Below, piece after piece: positions 35,744-45,535 of a stretch of DNA of 64,000 bases (the first letter of the stretch is position 1; each line of letters opens with the position of its first letter). Both the position numbers and the translations under genes were made by a program. Below the pieces are notes generated by a model that saw nothing but the letters and a program-made list of their open reading frames with translations, was not told where the DNA came from and made no database searches. The stretch is taken from the NCBI GenBank assembly GCA_022750295.1, contig JAKIVZ010000001.1, positions 133,651 through 197,650 on the forward strand, in the 5' to 3' direction. The stretch comes from Candidatus Lutacidiplasma silvani (GTDB taxonomy: Archaea > Thermoplasmatota > Thermoplasmata > Lutacidiplasmatales > UBA184).

Positions 35744-37506
35744 GCGCGGGGGGCGCCCGGGTCCCGATCCGGCGACTGACCCCCGAGGTCGTCCACCGGA
35801 TCGCCGCGGGCGAGGTCGTCGAGCGACCCGCCTCGGTCGTGAAGGAGCTCGTCGAGAATGCGATCGACGCCGGCGCGACCGAGATCGCCGTCGAACTCCG
35901 GGGAGGCGGCCTCGAATCGATCGAGGTCCGGGACGACGGGTCGGGGATCCCGACCGAGGAGCTGCCGCTCGCCGTCGAGCGGTACGCGACGAGCAAGCTC
36001 TCCCGGGCCGAGGGGCTCGAGGCGATCGCGACCCTCGGATTCCGGGGCGAAGCGCTCGCGGCGATCGGCGCGGTCTCCCACCTCACGATCGTATCCCGGA
36101 CGGGATCCGAGGACGCGGGGGGCGAGCTCCGCGTCGACGGAGGGGTCGTCCAGCCCGTCCGGCCCTCCGGTCGCGCGGCCGGGACGACCGTCACGGTCCG
36201 CGATCTCTTCTTCAACGTCCCGGCGCGGCGCAAGTTCCTCCGCGGGGCGGCCGCCGAGCAACTCGCGGTCGGCGACGCGATCGACCGGCTCTACCTTGCG
36301 CGGTCCGACCTCCTCCTGGCGCTGAGCTCCGACGGCCGCGAGGTGCGGCGGTACCCCCGGTCGGCGAACCGGAGGGACGCCGCGGCCCGCGTCCTCGGGG
36401 ACGAACTCCTCGACCACGGGACGGAGCTCGCCGACGGACCCTCCGATGGCGTCGCGATCGCCGGGGTCGTCGGCCGCCCGTCGCTGCACCGGGGGACGTC
36501 GCACGGCATCGTCCTCTCCGTCAACGGCCGGACGGTCGAGTCGCGCCCGCTCGCCCAGGCCGTACGCCTGGCGTACCGGGACTACCTCCCGGCGACGCGC
36601 TTTCCCGTGGCCGTCCTCGAGCTCACCGTCGACCCGGCCCGGGTCGACGTGAACGTCCACCCGACGAAGCGCGAGGTCCGGATCGCGCGCGAGCGCGACC
36701 TCGCCGAGCGGCTTCGAGTCGTGGTTCGCCAAGCGATCCGCGCCGGTTCTCACGTCGTCGACCGGGATTCGCCCCCGCCTCGACCGTGGACCCCCGCGCC
36801 CGAGTCGTCGGACGCCGAGGACGGCCTGGCCGTCGACCGGGACGTTCCGCTCGCCGCCCTCCCGGCGTCCCGCCAGCGGACGCTCGGGGACCCGGAACCC
36901 GCCCCGAACGTCGTCGGGACGACCCGGCATCCGGAACTCCGACTCGTGGGGGCGCTGTTCGACCTCTACTGGGTGGGGGAGAGCGAGGGTGGCCTGGTGT
37001 TGGTCGACCAGCACGCGGCGAGCGAGCGGGTCGTCTACGAGGCGTTCCGGCGCGAGGGGGCCCTGGGGCGGCAGGAACTCGTCGAGCCGATCACGATCCA
37101 TCTGACCTCGCGACGGTCCGAGGCGCTGCGGACGCACGCCGGCCCGGTCGACGCCGCCGGCTTCTCGGTCGAGCCGTTCGGGGGCGACGCGTACCGGTTG
37201 CGCGCGGTCCCCTCCTACCGGGGGCGGCGCGCCCGGCCCGAGGCGCTCCTCGGCCTCCTCGACGAGCTCGCCGAGGGGTCCCGCCCGACACTTCCCGACG
37301 GCCTCGAGGAGCGCGTCGCTGCCTCGATCGCCTGCCACGCCGCGGTCCGGGGCGGCGACCCGATCTCGGCCGCCGAGATGGGGCGGATCCTCGCGGCGCT
37401 CTACGCGCTCGGCGAAGCGGCGTTCGCGTGTCCCCACGGCCGCCCGATCGTCGTCGACGTCCCGCGCGGGCGGCTCGACCGGTGGTTCCTGCGGCCGAGC
37501 GCGTGA
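35740..37506 (+). CDS. mutL: DNA mismatch repair protein MutL with endonuclease motifs
   Basis: A GTG start overlaps the mutS stop (GTGA). The GHKL ATPase N-terminus is EVVERPASVVKELVENAIDAGAT. The C-terminal DQHAASERVVYE (DQHAx2Ex4E) and ACPHGRP motifs are present. Confidence 0.9.
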   Translation: MSAGGARVPIRRLTPEVVHRIAAGEVVERPASVVKELVENAIDAGATEIAVELRGGGLESIEVRDDGSGIPTEELPLAVERYATSKLSRAEGLEAIATLGFRGEALAAIGAVSHLTIVSRTGSEDAGGELRVDGGVVQPVRPSGRAAGTTVTVRDLFFNVPARRKFLRGAAAEQLAVGDAIDRLYLARSDLLLALSSDGREVRRYPRSANRRDAAARVLGDELLDHGTELADGPSDGVAIAGVVGRPSLHRGTSHGIVLSVNGRTVESRPLAQAVRLAYRDYLPATRFPVAVLELTVDPARVDVNVHPTKREVRIARERDLAERLRVVVRQAIRAGSHVVDRDSPPPRPWTPAPESSDAEDGLAVDRDVPLAALPASRQRTLGDPEPAPNVVGTTRHPELRLVGALFDLYWVGESEGGLVLVDQHAASERVVYEAFRREGALGRQELVEPITIHLTSRRSEALRTHAGPVDAAGFSVEPFGGDAYRLRAVPSYRGRRARPEALLGLLDELAEGSRPTLPDGLEERVAASIACHAAVRGGDPISAAEMGRILAALYALGEAAFACPHGRPIVVDVPRGRLDRWFLRPSA

Positions 37507-37520
37507 GACTCGGATGTCGG

Positions 37521-38051
37521 ATGCGCGAGACCGAGATGGTGGAGCCGGTCCGGCGCCACCTCGAATCGCTCGGCTACCGGGTGTTCGTCAACCCGGACGG
37601 CGCCGACTACTTCGACGTCGTCGTCCGACGCGGCTCCGAGGTCGGCCTCGTCGAGCTGAAGGTCGCCGACTGGAAGACGGTCGTCACGCAGGCGTTGCGG
37701 CGGCGCGGCTGGGGGGACTGGGTCGCCGTGGTGCTGCCCCGCCGCTCGCTCGCCGAGAAGGCGGTCGCCCGCCGGACCGCGCCCCGCGGCACCCGCGTCG
37801 GGGTCTGGTACCTGTCCCGCGACACGGTCGAGATCCTCCGCCCGGCGACCCCGTTCGTCCTCGAAGGGGAGGTCGACCCGTTCCCGGACCCGAAGCGATG
37901 GCTCCTCGAACGGCTCGCGATCGCCGACGGCGCCGGGGTCGCCGAACCGGTCACGTGGTCGGTGCCGGACGCCGGGCGGGTCGGCGCCCGGCGGCGGTCG
38001 AGCCGCGAGTGGCGGCTCGAGGAGTTTCCGGAGCCGGGCGGGCCGCCGTGA
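37521..38051 (+). CDS. Hjc-like PD-(D/E)xK nuclease (Holliday junction resolvase-like)
   Basis: The start lies 15 nt after the mutL stop. MRETEMVEPVRRHLESLGYRVFVNPDGADYFDVVVRRGSEVGLVELKV carries catalytic-type residues E8, D32, E45 and K47. These have the same spacing as E9/D33/E46/K48 of Pyrococcus Hjc. The alternative frame (ORF 37514..38275) is R/G/P-rich junk. Confidence 0.6.
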   Translation: MRETEMVEPVRRHLESLGYRVFVNPDGADYFDVVVRRGSEVGLVELKVADWKTVVTQALRRRGWGDWVAVVLPRRSLAEKAVARRTAPRGTRVGVWYLSRDTVEILRPATPFVLEGEVDPFPDPKRWLLERLAIADGAGVAEPVTWSVPDAGRVGARRRSSREWRLEEFPEPGGPP

Positions 38052-39024
38052 CCCCCGGGCCCCGGGCCCGCTCGACCCTCGCGAGGACCTTTCGCGCGGT
38101 CAGCGTGACGCGCTTGCTCGGGTTCCCCGGGGGCTCGACCTGCCAGGGGGTCGGTCGGTCCTTGGGGTGCTTCGCGTACCACTCGGCCATCCCGTCGGCG
38201 ACGTCCGGGTGGACGGCGTCGAGCTCCCAGCGGCCGTCCCGCCGTCGGCGCTGGGTGAGCCAGGCGAGCGCGTAGTCGATCCTCGGGTCGGCCCCGTAGC
38301 CGAGCCCGGTGAGCGCGTCGAGGCCGACGAGCATGTCGTAGTAGTAGTGGACCGGGGAGTGGGTCCGGGACCACGGCTCGTACGGGTCGCCCTGGACGTG
38401 GAGCTCGCGCGAGAGGAAGAACTCGGCCCCCCGCTCGACGGTGCCGGCGATCTCCGGCGTCCACTTGGCGCGCGGATAGGCCGCGAACGCGGTCAGCGGC
38501 TCGAAGGCGTCGAGCGCCCGGCCGGACCCGTAGCACGACCAGCCGCCCTTCCGGTCGGCGGCGCTCACCAGCCAGTCGACGGCCCGGCGGACCCGGGGGT
38601 CGTCCCCGTACCCGAACTGGACGAGCGCCCGAACCGCGTTCCCCGTGGTGCAGAGGTGACTTCGTCCGTTCCCGTCCGGCCCGAACCCCCCGTCGTCCTT
38701 GTGCTCCCGCTCGAACCACAGCTCGCACGACTCCCGGATCGCCGGGTGGTCCCGGGTGATCCCGAGGTCGGCGAGGACGAGAAGCCGCCAGAGGGTCGAG
38801 CGGTACTTCGGGTGGTAGAGTCGCTTCCCGTCGGCCCACCAGCCGGCCGGATTCCGCTCCGCGAGGATCTCCGCGACCCAGCCGGTCGTCGGGATCTCCG
38901 CGCGGGCCGCCCGGACCTCGGGGTCGGTTTCGGGCCGGGCGAGGAGCTGGGTCAACGCCTCGGCCCGGATCGACGGCTGGTCCGGCTCGAGCAGCCACGC
39001 GAGGGCGGGGTCCGACTTCGCCAC
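37951..39024 (-). CDS. prenyltransferase/squalene-cyclase-like (alpha-alpha toroid repeat) protein
   Basis: Repeated motifs with GGW/GGF and aromatic residues (DGGFGPDGNGRSHLCTTGNAV and GGWSCYGSGRA) are present. This is a terpenoid cyclase/protein prenyltransferase-like fold. Confidence 0.6.
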   Translation of the reverse strand: MAKSDPALAWLLEPDQPSIRAEALTQLLARPETDPEVRAARAEIPTTGWVAEILAERNPAGWWADGKRLYHPKYRSTLWRLLVLADLGITRDHPAIRESCELWFEREHKDDGGFGPDGNGRSHLCTTGNAVRALVQFGYGDDPRVRRAVDWLVSAADRKGGWSCYGSGRALDAFEPLTAFAAYPRAKWTPEIAGTVERGAEFFLSRELHVQGDPYEPWSRTHSPVHYYYDMLVGLDALTGLGYGADPRIDYALAWLTQRRRRDGRWELDAVHPDVADGMAEWYAKHPKDRPTPWQVEPPGNPSKRVTLTARKVLARVERARGPGVTAARPAPETPRAATRGSTAAGRRPARRPAPTT

Positions 39025-39089
39025 GACCGGGCCAATTCCCGGGCGAACTATAGGCCGACGGAGAGCCGGCGAAACGCCCCGCTCGTCCG

Positions 39090-40244
39090 TCAGTTCGGCC
39101 GGACGCGGGCGGCGAACAGACCCTCGAACCGCTCGGCCATCTTCTCGTACGAGAGGGTGTCGGCGTACACCTGCCCCCGTCGCCCGACCTCCCGCCGGGT
39201 CGCGGGGTCGGCAAGGAGCTCGGCGAGCTCGCTCGCGTACGAGCCCGCGTCGTCGTCCGAGACCACCCGGACGTCGGTCGGCGCCGTCGCCCCGTCCATC
39301 GGGACGTGGGCGCTGACGACGGTCGCGACGCCGTACCGCATCGCCTCGCGGGGGGCAAGGCCGAACCCCTCGTACCGGGCCGGAAACACGAAGACGTCCG
39401 CGGCACGGTAGACCTGGGCCTTGGTCGTCTCGTCCACGACGCCGAGACCGTTCACGCCGGGCTCGGGCTTCGGTGTGGTGCCGGCGACGAGCATCCGGGC
39501 CCCCGGGAAGAAGACCCGGACGCGTCGGAACGCGGCGAGCGCGAGGTCGAGACCCTGGCGATCCGGGGTCTTCCCGACGAACGCGACGACCGGGACATCG
39601 GCCGGGATGTGAAGCGCGGCCCGGGCGGTCTCCCGGGTCCCGACGTCGAGCGGAGCCGGGACCCCGAGGGGGAGGAGCGCGACCCGGTCCTTCGCCACCG
39701 CGTAGTACTTCGCGAGGAGTGCCCGGTTCGCCTCGCTGCCCACGATCACGACGTCGGCCCGCTTGAGCGCCGTCGACTCGAGCTGGACGAGCGCGCGTCG
39801 GTCGAACCAGTTGCCGACCCTCTGGCGGACCCCCGCGTTCGCCTGCAGGGGTCGGAGCGTATCGAACGTGTGGAGCGCGACGTCGTGGAAGAACATCCCG
39901 AACACCGAGCGCCTCCCGCGCCCGTTGGGGACGTCGAGGGCGCCCGCCTTCTCGTCGTTCCCCACCACGACGTCGGCGTCGGGTCGGAGGAGCGACGAGG
40001 CGGCTTTCCCGACCGCGATGTCGCGGGCGAACGGCCTTCGGGAAACCCCGACCAGCGGGACCGACACCGCCTCGACCCCGGTCGGGCCGGGCGGGGCCGG
40101 TCGTCCGTCCGAGGGGTACAGGACCCGGACGGAATGGCCCCGCTCGGCGAGCGCCCGCCCGAGCTCCCAGACGGTCCGGCTGAGGCCGCTCGTCGGGTCG
40201 TCCGGGGCGGCGGTCGCGAGGAAATCGATCCGCCAGTCCGCCAT
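39090..40244 (-). CDS. glycosyltransferase family 4 (GT-B fold)
   Basis: The C-terminal EGFGLAPREAMRYGVATVVS (E-x7-E-like motif) and the N-terminal MADWRIDFLATA are typical of GT4. Confidence 0.85.
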   Translation of the reverse strand: MADWRIDFLATAAPDDPTSGLSRTVWELGRALAERGHSVRVLYPSDGRPAPPGPTGVEAVSVPLVGVSRRPFARDIAVGKAASSLLRPDADVVVGNDEKAGALDVPNGRGRRSVFGMFFHDVALHTFDTLRPLQANAGVRQRVGNWFDRRALVQLESTALKRADVVIVGSEANRALLAKYYAVAKDRVALLPLGVPAPLDVGTRETARAALHIPADVPVVAFVGKTPDRQGLDLALAAFRRVRVFFPGARMLVAGTTPKPEPGVNGLGVVDETTKAQVYRAADVFVFPARYEGFGLAPREAMRYGVATVVSAHVPMDGATAPTDVRVVSDDDAGSYASELAELLADPATRREVGRRGQVYADTLSYEKMAERFEGLFAARVRPN

Positions 40245-40257
40245 CGCTCCGGTCCGA

Positions 40258-41766
40258 CTACGCGGCCGCCGGGGCGAGGAGCGACGCGAACGACCGGCCG
40301 TTCCAGGCGGGGGGGACGGGGACGTCCATCGTCTCGAGGATCGTCGGGGCGATGTCGAGGAGCGACCGGGGGGTCGTCTCGGTCCTGGGCGGGACCCCCT
40401 CTCCGGCGGCGATCAGGATCCCGTTCATCCGGTGGACCCCGCTTCCGTAGAAGAAGCCGGGTCGGTCGCGGAGCATCGGTTCCGGGTAGCTGAAGTCCAT
40501 CCGGGGCTCGGTCCCGAGGTCGTCGATCTTCAGGAGGACCGCGGGGGCCTGGTCGAGGAGGCGCCCCGCGTAGATCTCGCCTGGGGCGTAGGTCTCCACC
40601 CGGGCGTCCGGGAACGCCGCGAGCTTCTGCCGGATCTCGGCGACGACCCGGGCGTTCAGGTCGGCCGACATCGACCGGTTGTACCGGTTGAGGTAGATCC
40701 CCTCCGGGACGGGGTAGGAGTAGGCGGTCGTCCGGTCCCAGTCGATCCGCTCGGCCATCGACTCGAAGCTCGCCTCCCCGGCGAGGAACTTCGCGATCTT
40801 CTCCCGGCCCGACCGGCCGCGCAGCCGGTCGGCGATCGCGTGGACGACCCAGCGGGTCGGGGGAAACTTCTCGCTCGCGAGGAGGAGCCGGGAGACGGTG
40901 CGGCGGCGGCCGCCGGCCCCCCCGTTCTTGAACACGAGGTACCCCTCCTGGGCGAGCCACCGGTTGGTGAAGAAATCGGCCTGCGCGGGGCCGTGGCCGT
41001 GGTCGGAGATCACGAGCGTCACGGCGGGGCCGCCCGCGGCCCGGAACGCCCGGTCGATCTTCTCGCACGCCGCGTCGATCGCCTTCCAGAAGGCGACGAG
41101 GTCGGCGCCGACCGGCCCGGAGCCGCCCGCGAGCTCGGTCCAGTGCTGGTGCTGGATCCGGTCGGTCTCGCGGAAGAGCACGAAGAGGAACTCGGGCTTG
41201 TACTGGGTGCAGAGGAGCTCGGCGGAGTGGCCCCGCTGCTCGACCCCGTGGGTCGCGAGCTCCATCCAGCTCGCCCGGTCGGTCCCCCGGTACGCCGGGA
41301 GCTCGGGGAGGATCGGCTCGCCGAGGCTCTCTTCCAGGGAGGCGCGGAGCCCGGCGGGGTAGGTGGGGGGGTTCTCGGTCAGCATCCCCGGGAGCACGAA
41401 CCCGTGGATCGGATAGCCGGCCCGCAGCGGGAAATTCATCACGCCGACCGCGATTCCGCGCCGCGACAGGTGGTCCCAGACCGCCTCGGCGGGGCGGAAC
41501 GATTGGACGATGCGGCTCTTACCGGGGCCCCCGTCCGGCTCGGTGAACCCGAAGATACCGAGGGAGCCGGGGTCGAGGCCGGTCGCGAACGAGTACCAGG
41601 CCGGGATCGTCTTGGGCGGGTAGACGGACGCGAGCGGGGCCCGCAGGCCGCGCTCGGTCAGCGACCGGAGGAACGGCAGCGTCCCGTTCCGCATGAGGGG
41701 GTCCAGGAGGTCGAACGTTCCCCCGTCCAGCCCAAGAACGAGGACCCTCCGGCGGGCTGGTGGCAT
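40258..41766 (-). CDS. alkaline-phosphatase-superfamily enzyme (type I phosphodiesterase/nucleotide pyrophosphatase-like)
   Basis: The start was taken at the ATG at 41766 (MPPARRRVLVLGLDGGTFDL). LVISDHGHG and the N-terminal GLDG metal-site motifs are present. Confidence 0.7.
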   Translation of the reverse strand: MPPARRRVLVLGLDGGTFDLLDPLMRNGTLPFLRSLTERGLRAPLASVYPPKTIPAWYSFATGLDPGSLGIFGFTEPDGGPGKSRIVQSFRPAEAVWDHLSRRGIAVGVMNFPLRAGYPIHGFVLPGMLTENPPTYPAGLRASLEESLGEPILPELPAYRGTDRASWMELATHGVEQRGHSAELLCTQYKPEFLFVLFRETDRIQHQHWTELAGGSGPVGADLVAFWKAIDAACEKIDRAFRAAGGPAVTLVISDHGHGPAQADFFTNRWLAQEGYLVFKNGGAGGRRRTVSRLLLASEKFPPTRWVVHAIADRLRGRSGREKIAKFLAGEASFESMAERIDWDRTTAYSYPVPEGIYLNRYNRSMSADLNARVVAEIRQKLAAFPDARVETYAPGEIYAGRLLDQAPAVLLKIDDLGTEPRMDFSYPEPMLRDRPGFFYGSGVHRMNGILIAAGEGVPPRTETTPRSLLDIAPTILETMDVPVPPAWNGRSFASLLAPAAA

Positions 41767-41842
41767 TCGTGGACTCCTCAGGAGATACGGGCGAGCGTAG
41801 GACCCGGGGCGGGCTATATGACGGTTGGTACAAGACCGAGCG

Positions 41843-43747
41843 TCAGAGCATCCGGATCGCTTCCAGATTGAACGGAACGCGCGTCTCGATGTTGAACCGC
41901 TTGTGGAGGCCGGTGGCAAGGTCGAGCGCCTTCGACTCCTCCCCGTGGTTGAGGATGATCCGGTTCGGCCGGGGGTCGAGCGTCGCCACGTAGTTCATCA
42001 GCTGGACCCGGTCGGAGTGGCCGCTGAACCCCTCGATCGTGGCGACCTCGAGCCGGACCGGGACCGACCCCTGCCGGCCGCCGTCCAGGAACGTCGCCTC
42101 GTTGAGGCCGCGCTGCAGCCGACGGCCGAACGTCCCGTCGGCCTGGTAGCCGACGAACAGGATGCCGTTCTTCTCCTCCGGGGCCCAGGCGCGGAAGTAC
42201 TCCATCACCGGGCCCCCGCTCATCATCCCGCTCGTCGCGAGGATGATGCACGGGTCCTTCGAGTCGAGGATCGAGTACCGCATCTGGGACGAGTCGACCC
42301 GGTGGAAGACGTCGGAGAGGAACGGGTTGTCCCCCTGCTGGAAGATCTGGGTCCGGAGCTGGCTGTTCAGGTACTCCGGGTACGCCGTGTGGATGGCGGT
42401 CGCCTCGAAGATCATCCCGTCCAGGTAGACGGGGACCTTCGGGATCTTCCCCTCCCGCATCCGCTCCTCGAGGACGAGCATGACCTCCTGGGAGCGTCCG
42501 ACGGCGAACACGGGGACGATGAGCTTCCCGCCCCGGGCGAGGACCTTCGACGCGAGGTTCGCGAACTCGTCGGTCGCCTGCTGGCGGCTCGGCTGGACGT
42601 CCCGGTACCCGCCGTACGTCGACTCGAGGATCAGGGTCTCGAGGCGAGGGAACCGGTTCGCCGCCGGGTTGAACAGCCAGCTCCGCTCGAACTTGATGTC
42701 GCCCGAATAGGCGAGGTTGTGGTCGCCGTCGCCCAGGTGGAAGTGGCAGATCGACGAGCCCAGGATGTGGCCCGCGTTGTGCATCGTGAGCCGCATGTCC
42801 GGTGCGATGTCGGTCGTCTCGCCCCACCGGAGCGGGATCGTCCGGGCGACCATGTCGCGGACGTGGGACGAGTCGTAGAGCCCCTTCCGCGCCTCCTGGT
42901 TGGTGACCCGGATCGCGTCGAGGAGCATGAGCGCCATCATGTCGCGCGTCGGCGCGGTGCAGTAGATCGGGCCGTTGTAGCCGTACTTCAGCAGCACGGG
43001 GACGAGCCCGCAGTGGTCGAGGTGGGCGTGGGTGACCACGACGGCGTCCAGCGAATCGAGGGGGAGGAGTTCCGGCGCGTTGAAGAACGGGGTCCGGTCG
43101 GAGCCCGGGTCGATCCCGCAGTCGATCAGGACCTTCGAGTTCTGCGTGGTGAGGAGGTGGGCGCTCCGGCCGACTTCCCGGTACCCGCCGAGCGCGGTGC
43201 TGCGGGCCCAGATCTTCTCCGGGAGCCGGTCCCGGGCGACCTTGACGCCGACGTTCTTGAGGAATTTGCGCCGCTGGTCGAAGACGTTCCGCAGATGGGT
43301 CCGGACCTCCTCGACGGTCTTCGAGGGGATCGGGGGGGTCCGGACGACGGTCGGGACCCATCCGATCCGGCGTTTGAGCTCGTTGAGAACCGACCCTTGG
43401 CGGCCGATCGCGGCCCCGGGGTTCGCCGCCTCGATGGTCACCTCCCCCGTCTCGGGCTCGAAGTAGAGGTTCTGGATCTCCGCCTCGCGCGGGATCAGCT
43501 CCCGGATCGCCGCCTCGGCCTCCTTCGGGTCGATGAGCGTCTCGGGGTCGGACCGGACGAGGACGCGCCGCCGGAGCCGCTGCGCGACCTGGCGCAGGAG
43601 GTCGCCCCCGGAAAGGAACGCGTCGAGTTGCTTCGTGTAGAGGACGATGTGCGGGCCCTCGAGCTCGATGTCGGTGACCTCGATGTTCTCCGGCAAGACC
43701 TCCCGGAGGGCCTCGCGGGTCTGCTCAATGAGCGAGTCGAAACTCAT
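41843..43747 (-). CDS. archaeal cleavage and polyadenylation specificity factor homolog aCPSF1 (KH domains + beta-CASP metallo-beta-lactamase RNase)
   Basis: Two N-terminal KH-like regions are present. The MBL motif is VVVTHAHLDHCG, and beta-CASP motifs and the C-terminal HGE follow. Confidence 0.9.
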   Translation of the reverse strand: MSFDSLIEQTREALREVLPENIEVTDIELEGPHIVLYTKQLDAFLSGGDLLRQVAQRLRRRVLVRSDPETLIDPKEAEAAIRELIPREAEIQNLYFEPETGEVTIEAANPGAAIGRQGSVLNELKRRIGWVPTVVRTPPIPSKTVEEVRTHLRNVFDQRRKFLKNVGVKVARDRLPEKIWARSTALGGYREVGRSAHLLTTQNSKVLIDCGIDPGSDRTPFFNAPELLPLDSLDAVVVTHAHLDHCGLVPVLLKYGYNGPIYCTAPTRDMMALMLLDAIRVTNQEARKGLYDSSHVRDMVARTIPLRWGETTDIAPDMRLTMHNAGHILGSSICHFHLGDGDHNLAYSGDIKFERSWLFNPAANRFPRLETLILESTYGGYRDVQPSRQQATDEFANLASKVLARGGKLIVPVFAVGRSQEVMLVLEERMREGKIPKVPVYLDGMIFEATAIHTAYPEYLNSQLRTQIFQQGDNPFLSDVFHRVDSSQMRYSILDSKDPCIILATSGMMSGGPVMEYFRAWAPEEKNGILFVGYQADGTFGRRLQRGLNEATFLDGGRQGSVPVRLEVATIEGFSGHSDRVQLMNYVATLDPRPNRIILNHGEESKALDLATGLHKRFNIETRVPFNLEAIRML

Positions 43748-43804
43748 CCTTGATCTGGAAGGGGTTCGCGGGAAGGGGTTGGGCCCGGAGGGGCACGAAT
43801 CGGG

Positions 43805-44476
43805 TCAGGGGAGCACAGGGGGCAGGGGAATCTTGAGCGCCTTCAGCCGCTTATTGATTTCGTCCTCGGAGAACTCGCGGTACTCCTTCGACGTGATCGT
43901 GTGGACGATGTAGCCGTCGCCGCTCGCGGAGTCCCGCTTCATCGCGACCGTGAGGCCGCGGAGCGCGAGGTCGACCCCGTCGGAGACCGACATGTCGCGG
44001 CTGTAGACCTCCTCGAGGACGCCGTACGCGAACGTCGAGCCCGAGCCGACCGAAACGTACCGGTCCTCGATCGAGCCCCCCGCCGGGTCCACGGAGAAGA
44101 CGTGTCCGCCCTTCCCGTCGACTCCGCCGAGGATGAGCCACGCGTAGTAGGGGAACATCCGGTTCCCGCTCAGGATGTTCGCCAGGAGCGTCGCCGCGCC
44201 CTCGGTGCTCAGCGGGGCGCTGCGGCGGAGGCGGTAGAGGGAGACCTCCGCGCGGAGGTACCGGCCGAGGACCTGGGCGTCGCCGACGAGGCCGGCGACG
44301 GTCATGCCCACGTTCTGGTCGATCTTGAACAGCTTGTTCGTCGACTTGTTCGCGATCATCGTGCCGGCCGTGGCGCGGCGCTCGGTCGCGAGGACGACTC
44401 CGTCCTTGCAGACCATGCCGATGGTGGTGGTACCCTTCAGGAGACGCTCTTCATCCTTGGCCGTGACTACGTGCAT
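43805..44476 (-). CDS. psmB: proteasome subunit beta
   Basis: The start was taken at the ATG at 44476. After the propeptide the sequence reads TTTIGMVCKDGVVLATERRAT (Thr1 active site), followed by GSGS. A TATA TTATATA lies about 50 nt upstream, and GGAGG lies 9 nt before the ATG. Confidence 0.9.
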   Translation of the reverse strand: MHVVTAKDEERLLKGTTTIGMVCKDGVVLATERRATAGTMIANKSTNKLFKIDQNVGMTVAGLVGDAQVLGRYLRAEVSLYRLRRSAPLSTEGAATLLANILSGNRMFPYYAWLILGGVDGKGGHVFSVDPAGGSIEDRYVSVGSGSTFAYGVLEEVYSRDMSVSDGVDLALRGLTVAMKRDSASGDGYIVHTITSKEYREFSEDEINKRLKALKIPLPPVLP

Positions 44477-44526
44477 GAAATCCTCCGTCGGCTTATCGGA
44501 AAAGCGGTCGGGTGACCGAGGGTCCG

Positions 44527-44533
44527 TATATAA
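44527..44533 (-). promoter_or_regulatory. TATA box (TTATATA on minus strand) for psmB
   Basis: It lies about 50 nt upstream of the ATG. The leader contains GGAGG. Confidence 0.4.
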
Positions 44534-44646
44534 GCACGCGCGAGTCCGGTTACCGTCGCGACAGCCGATTTCGCTCCGGCGGCGTCCGGGGAGCCCCTTC
44601 GCGACCGTCGGCAGGTTGAAAACCCCCGCCCGGCGTCGTCCGAGGG

Positions 44647-45429
44647 ATGAGCCGCCGATCGACCCGATTCGGAACGCTGGCCCTGCCCGCACTCGTGGCC
44701 CTTGTGCTGTGCCTCGTACCGCTGACGGCGGCGAGCGGGAGCGGATTCAACCTGTCGTTCTCGCAGGTCCCGAACCTGAGCGTGAACTCGAACGTCGCGA
44801 TCACCGCCCTCTCGACGTCGTACTCGAGCGGTCCGAACCTGACGGTGACGACCTCGGTCTCCGGCACGATCCAGACGGCGAATGGGGACTACTTCTACGA
44901 CTGGTACTTCGGCGGCGGCGGCTCCGACAACTCGACGGCGTGGGTGGAGTACTCGAACAACACCACCTCGGCGGACTACTACGGCGGCTCGAGCAGCGGC
45001 GGGTCGTCCGGCTCGCTCCCGGTCCATGTCTCGGGCGGGACCATCACGTTCACGATCTCCGCGGGCATTGTCGGGCCGTCGAGCGCGTTCACCGCGAACG
45101 CGTACGGCGAGTACGTCAACGATCAGGGCGCCGGCTCGTACAGCTACAGCTACCTCGGCAGCAACTACGACAACGCCGGCTGCACGACGCTCGACTGCGT
45201 CGGTACCGGAGGAGGAGGCTCGAGCGGCAACGCCGCCGGGCTCCTCGGCTTCGGATTCGCGCTCCTGCTGCTGATCGTCGTCCTTCCAGTCGTGATCATC
45301 ATCATCATCATCGTCGTCGTGGTCGTACTCGTTGTCCGGAAGAAGCCGGCGCCGACCCCGCCCCCCACCTGGCAGCAGCCTCCCCCGCCCGGCATGATGC
45401 CGCCTCCCCCGCCGCCTCCCCCCCAGTAG
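44647..45429 (+). CDS. cell-surface glycoprotein with signal peptide, C-terminal TM anchor and poly-proline tail
   Basis: The signal sequence is [21 protein letters not shown], followed by N-x-S/T sequons. The TM helix is [32 protein letters not shown], then [23 protein letters not shown]. Confidence 0.7.
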   Translation: MSRRSTRFGTLALPALVALVLCLVPLTAASGSGFNLSFSQVPNLSVNSNVAITALSTSYSSGPNLTVTTSVSGTIQTANGDYFYDWYFGGGGSDNSTAWVEYSNNTTSADYYGGSSSGGSSGSLPVHVSGGTITFTISAGIVGPSSAFTANAYGEYVNDQGAGSYSYSYLGSNYDNAGCTTLDCVGTGGGGSSGNAAGLLGFGFALLLLIVVLPVVIIIIIIVVVVVLVVRKKPAPTPPPTWQQPPPPGMMPPPPPPPPQ

Positions 45430-45535
45430 GGAGAGCGCCCCGCCGGGGGGCCCGACGAGCGTCGGGCTCCCCCGGCCAACTTTTTGGACCGAACCGCTAA
45501 AAGGCCGGGCGCATCGGTCCGCCGGTCGTTCTTCG

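Noticed and set aside
37514-38275. Alternative frame ORF (253 aa) starting 7 nt upstream of the Hjc-like gene start
   Set aside because: The translation is R/G/P-rich low complexity. The +1 frame starting at 37521 gives a well-formed PD-(D/E)xK nuclease sequence.
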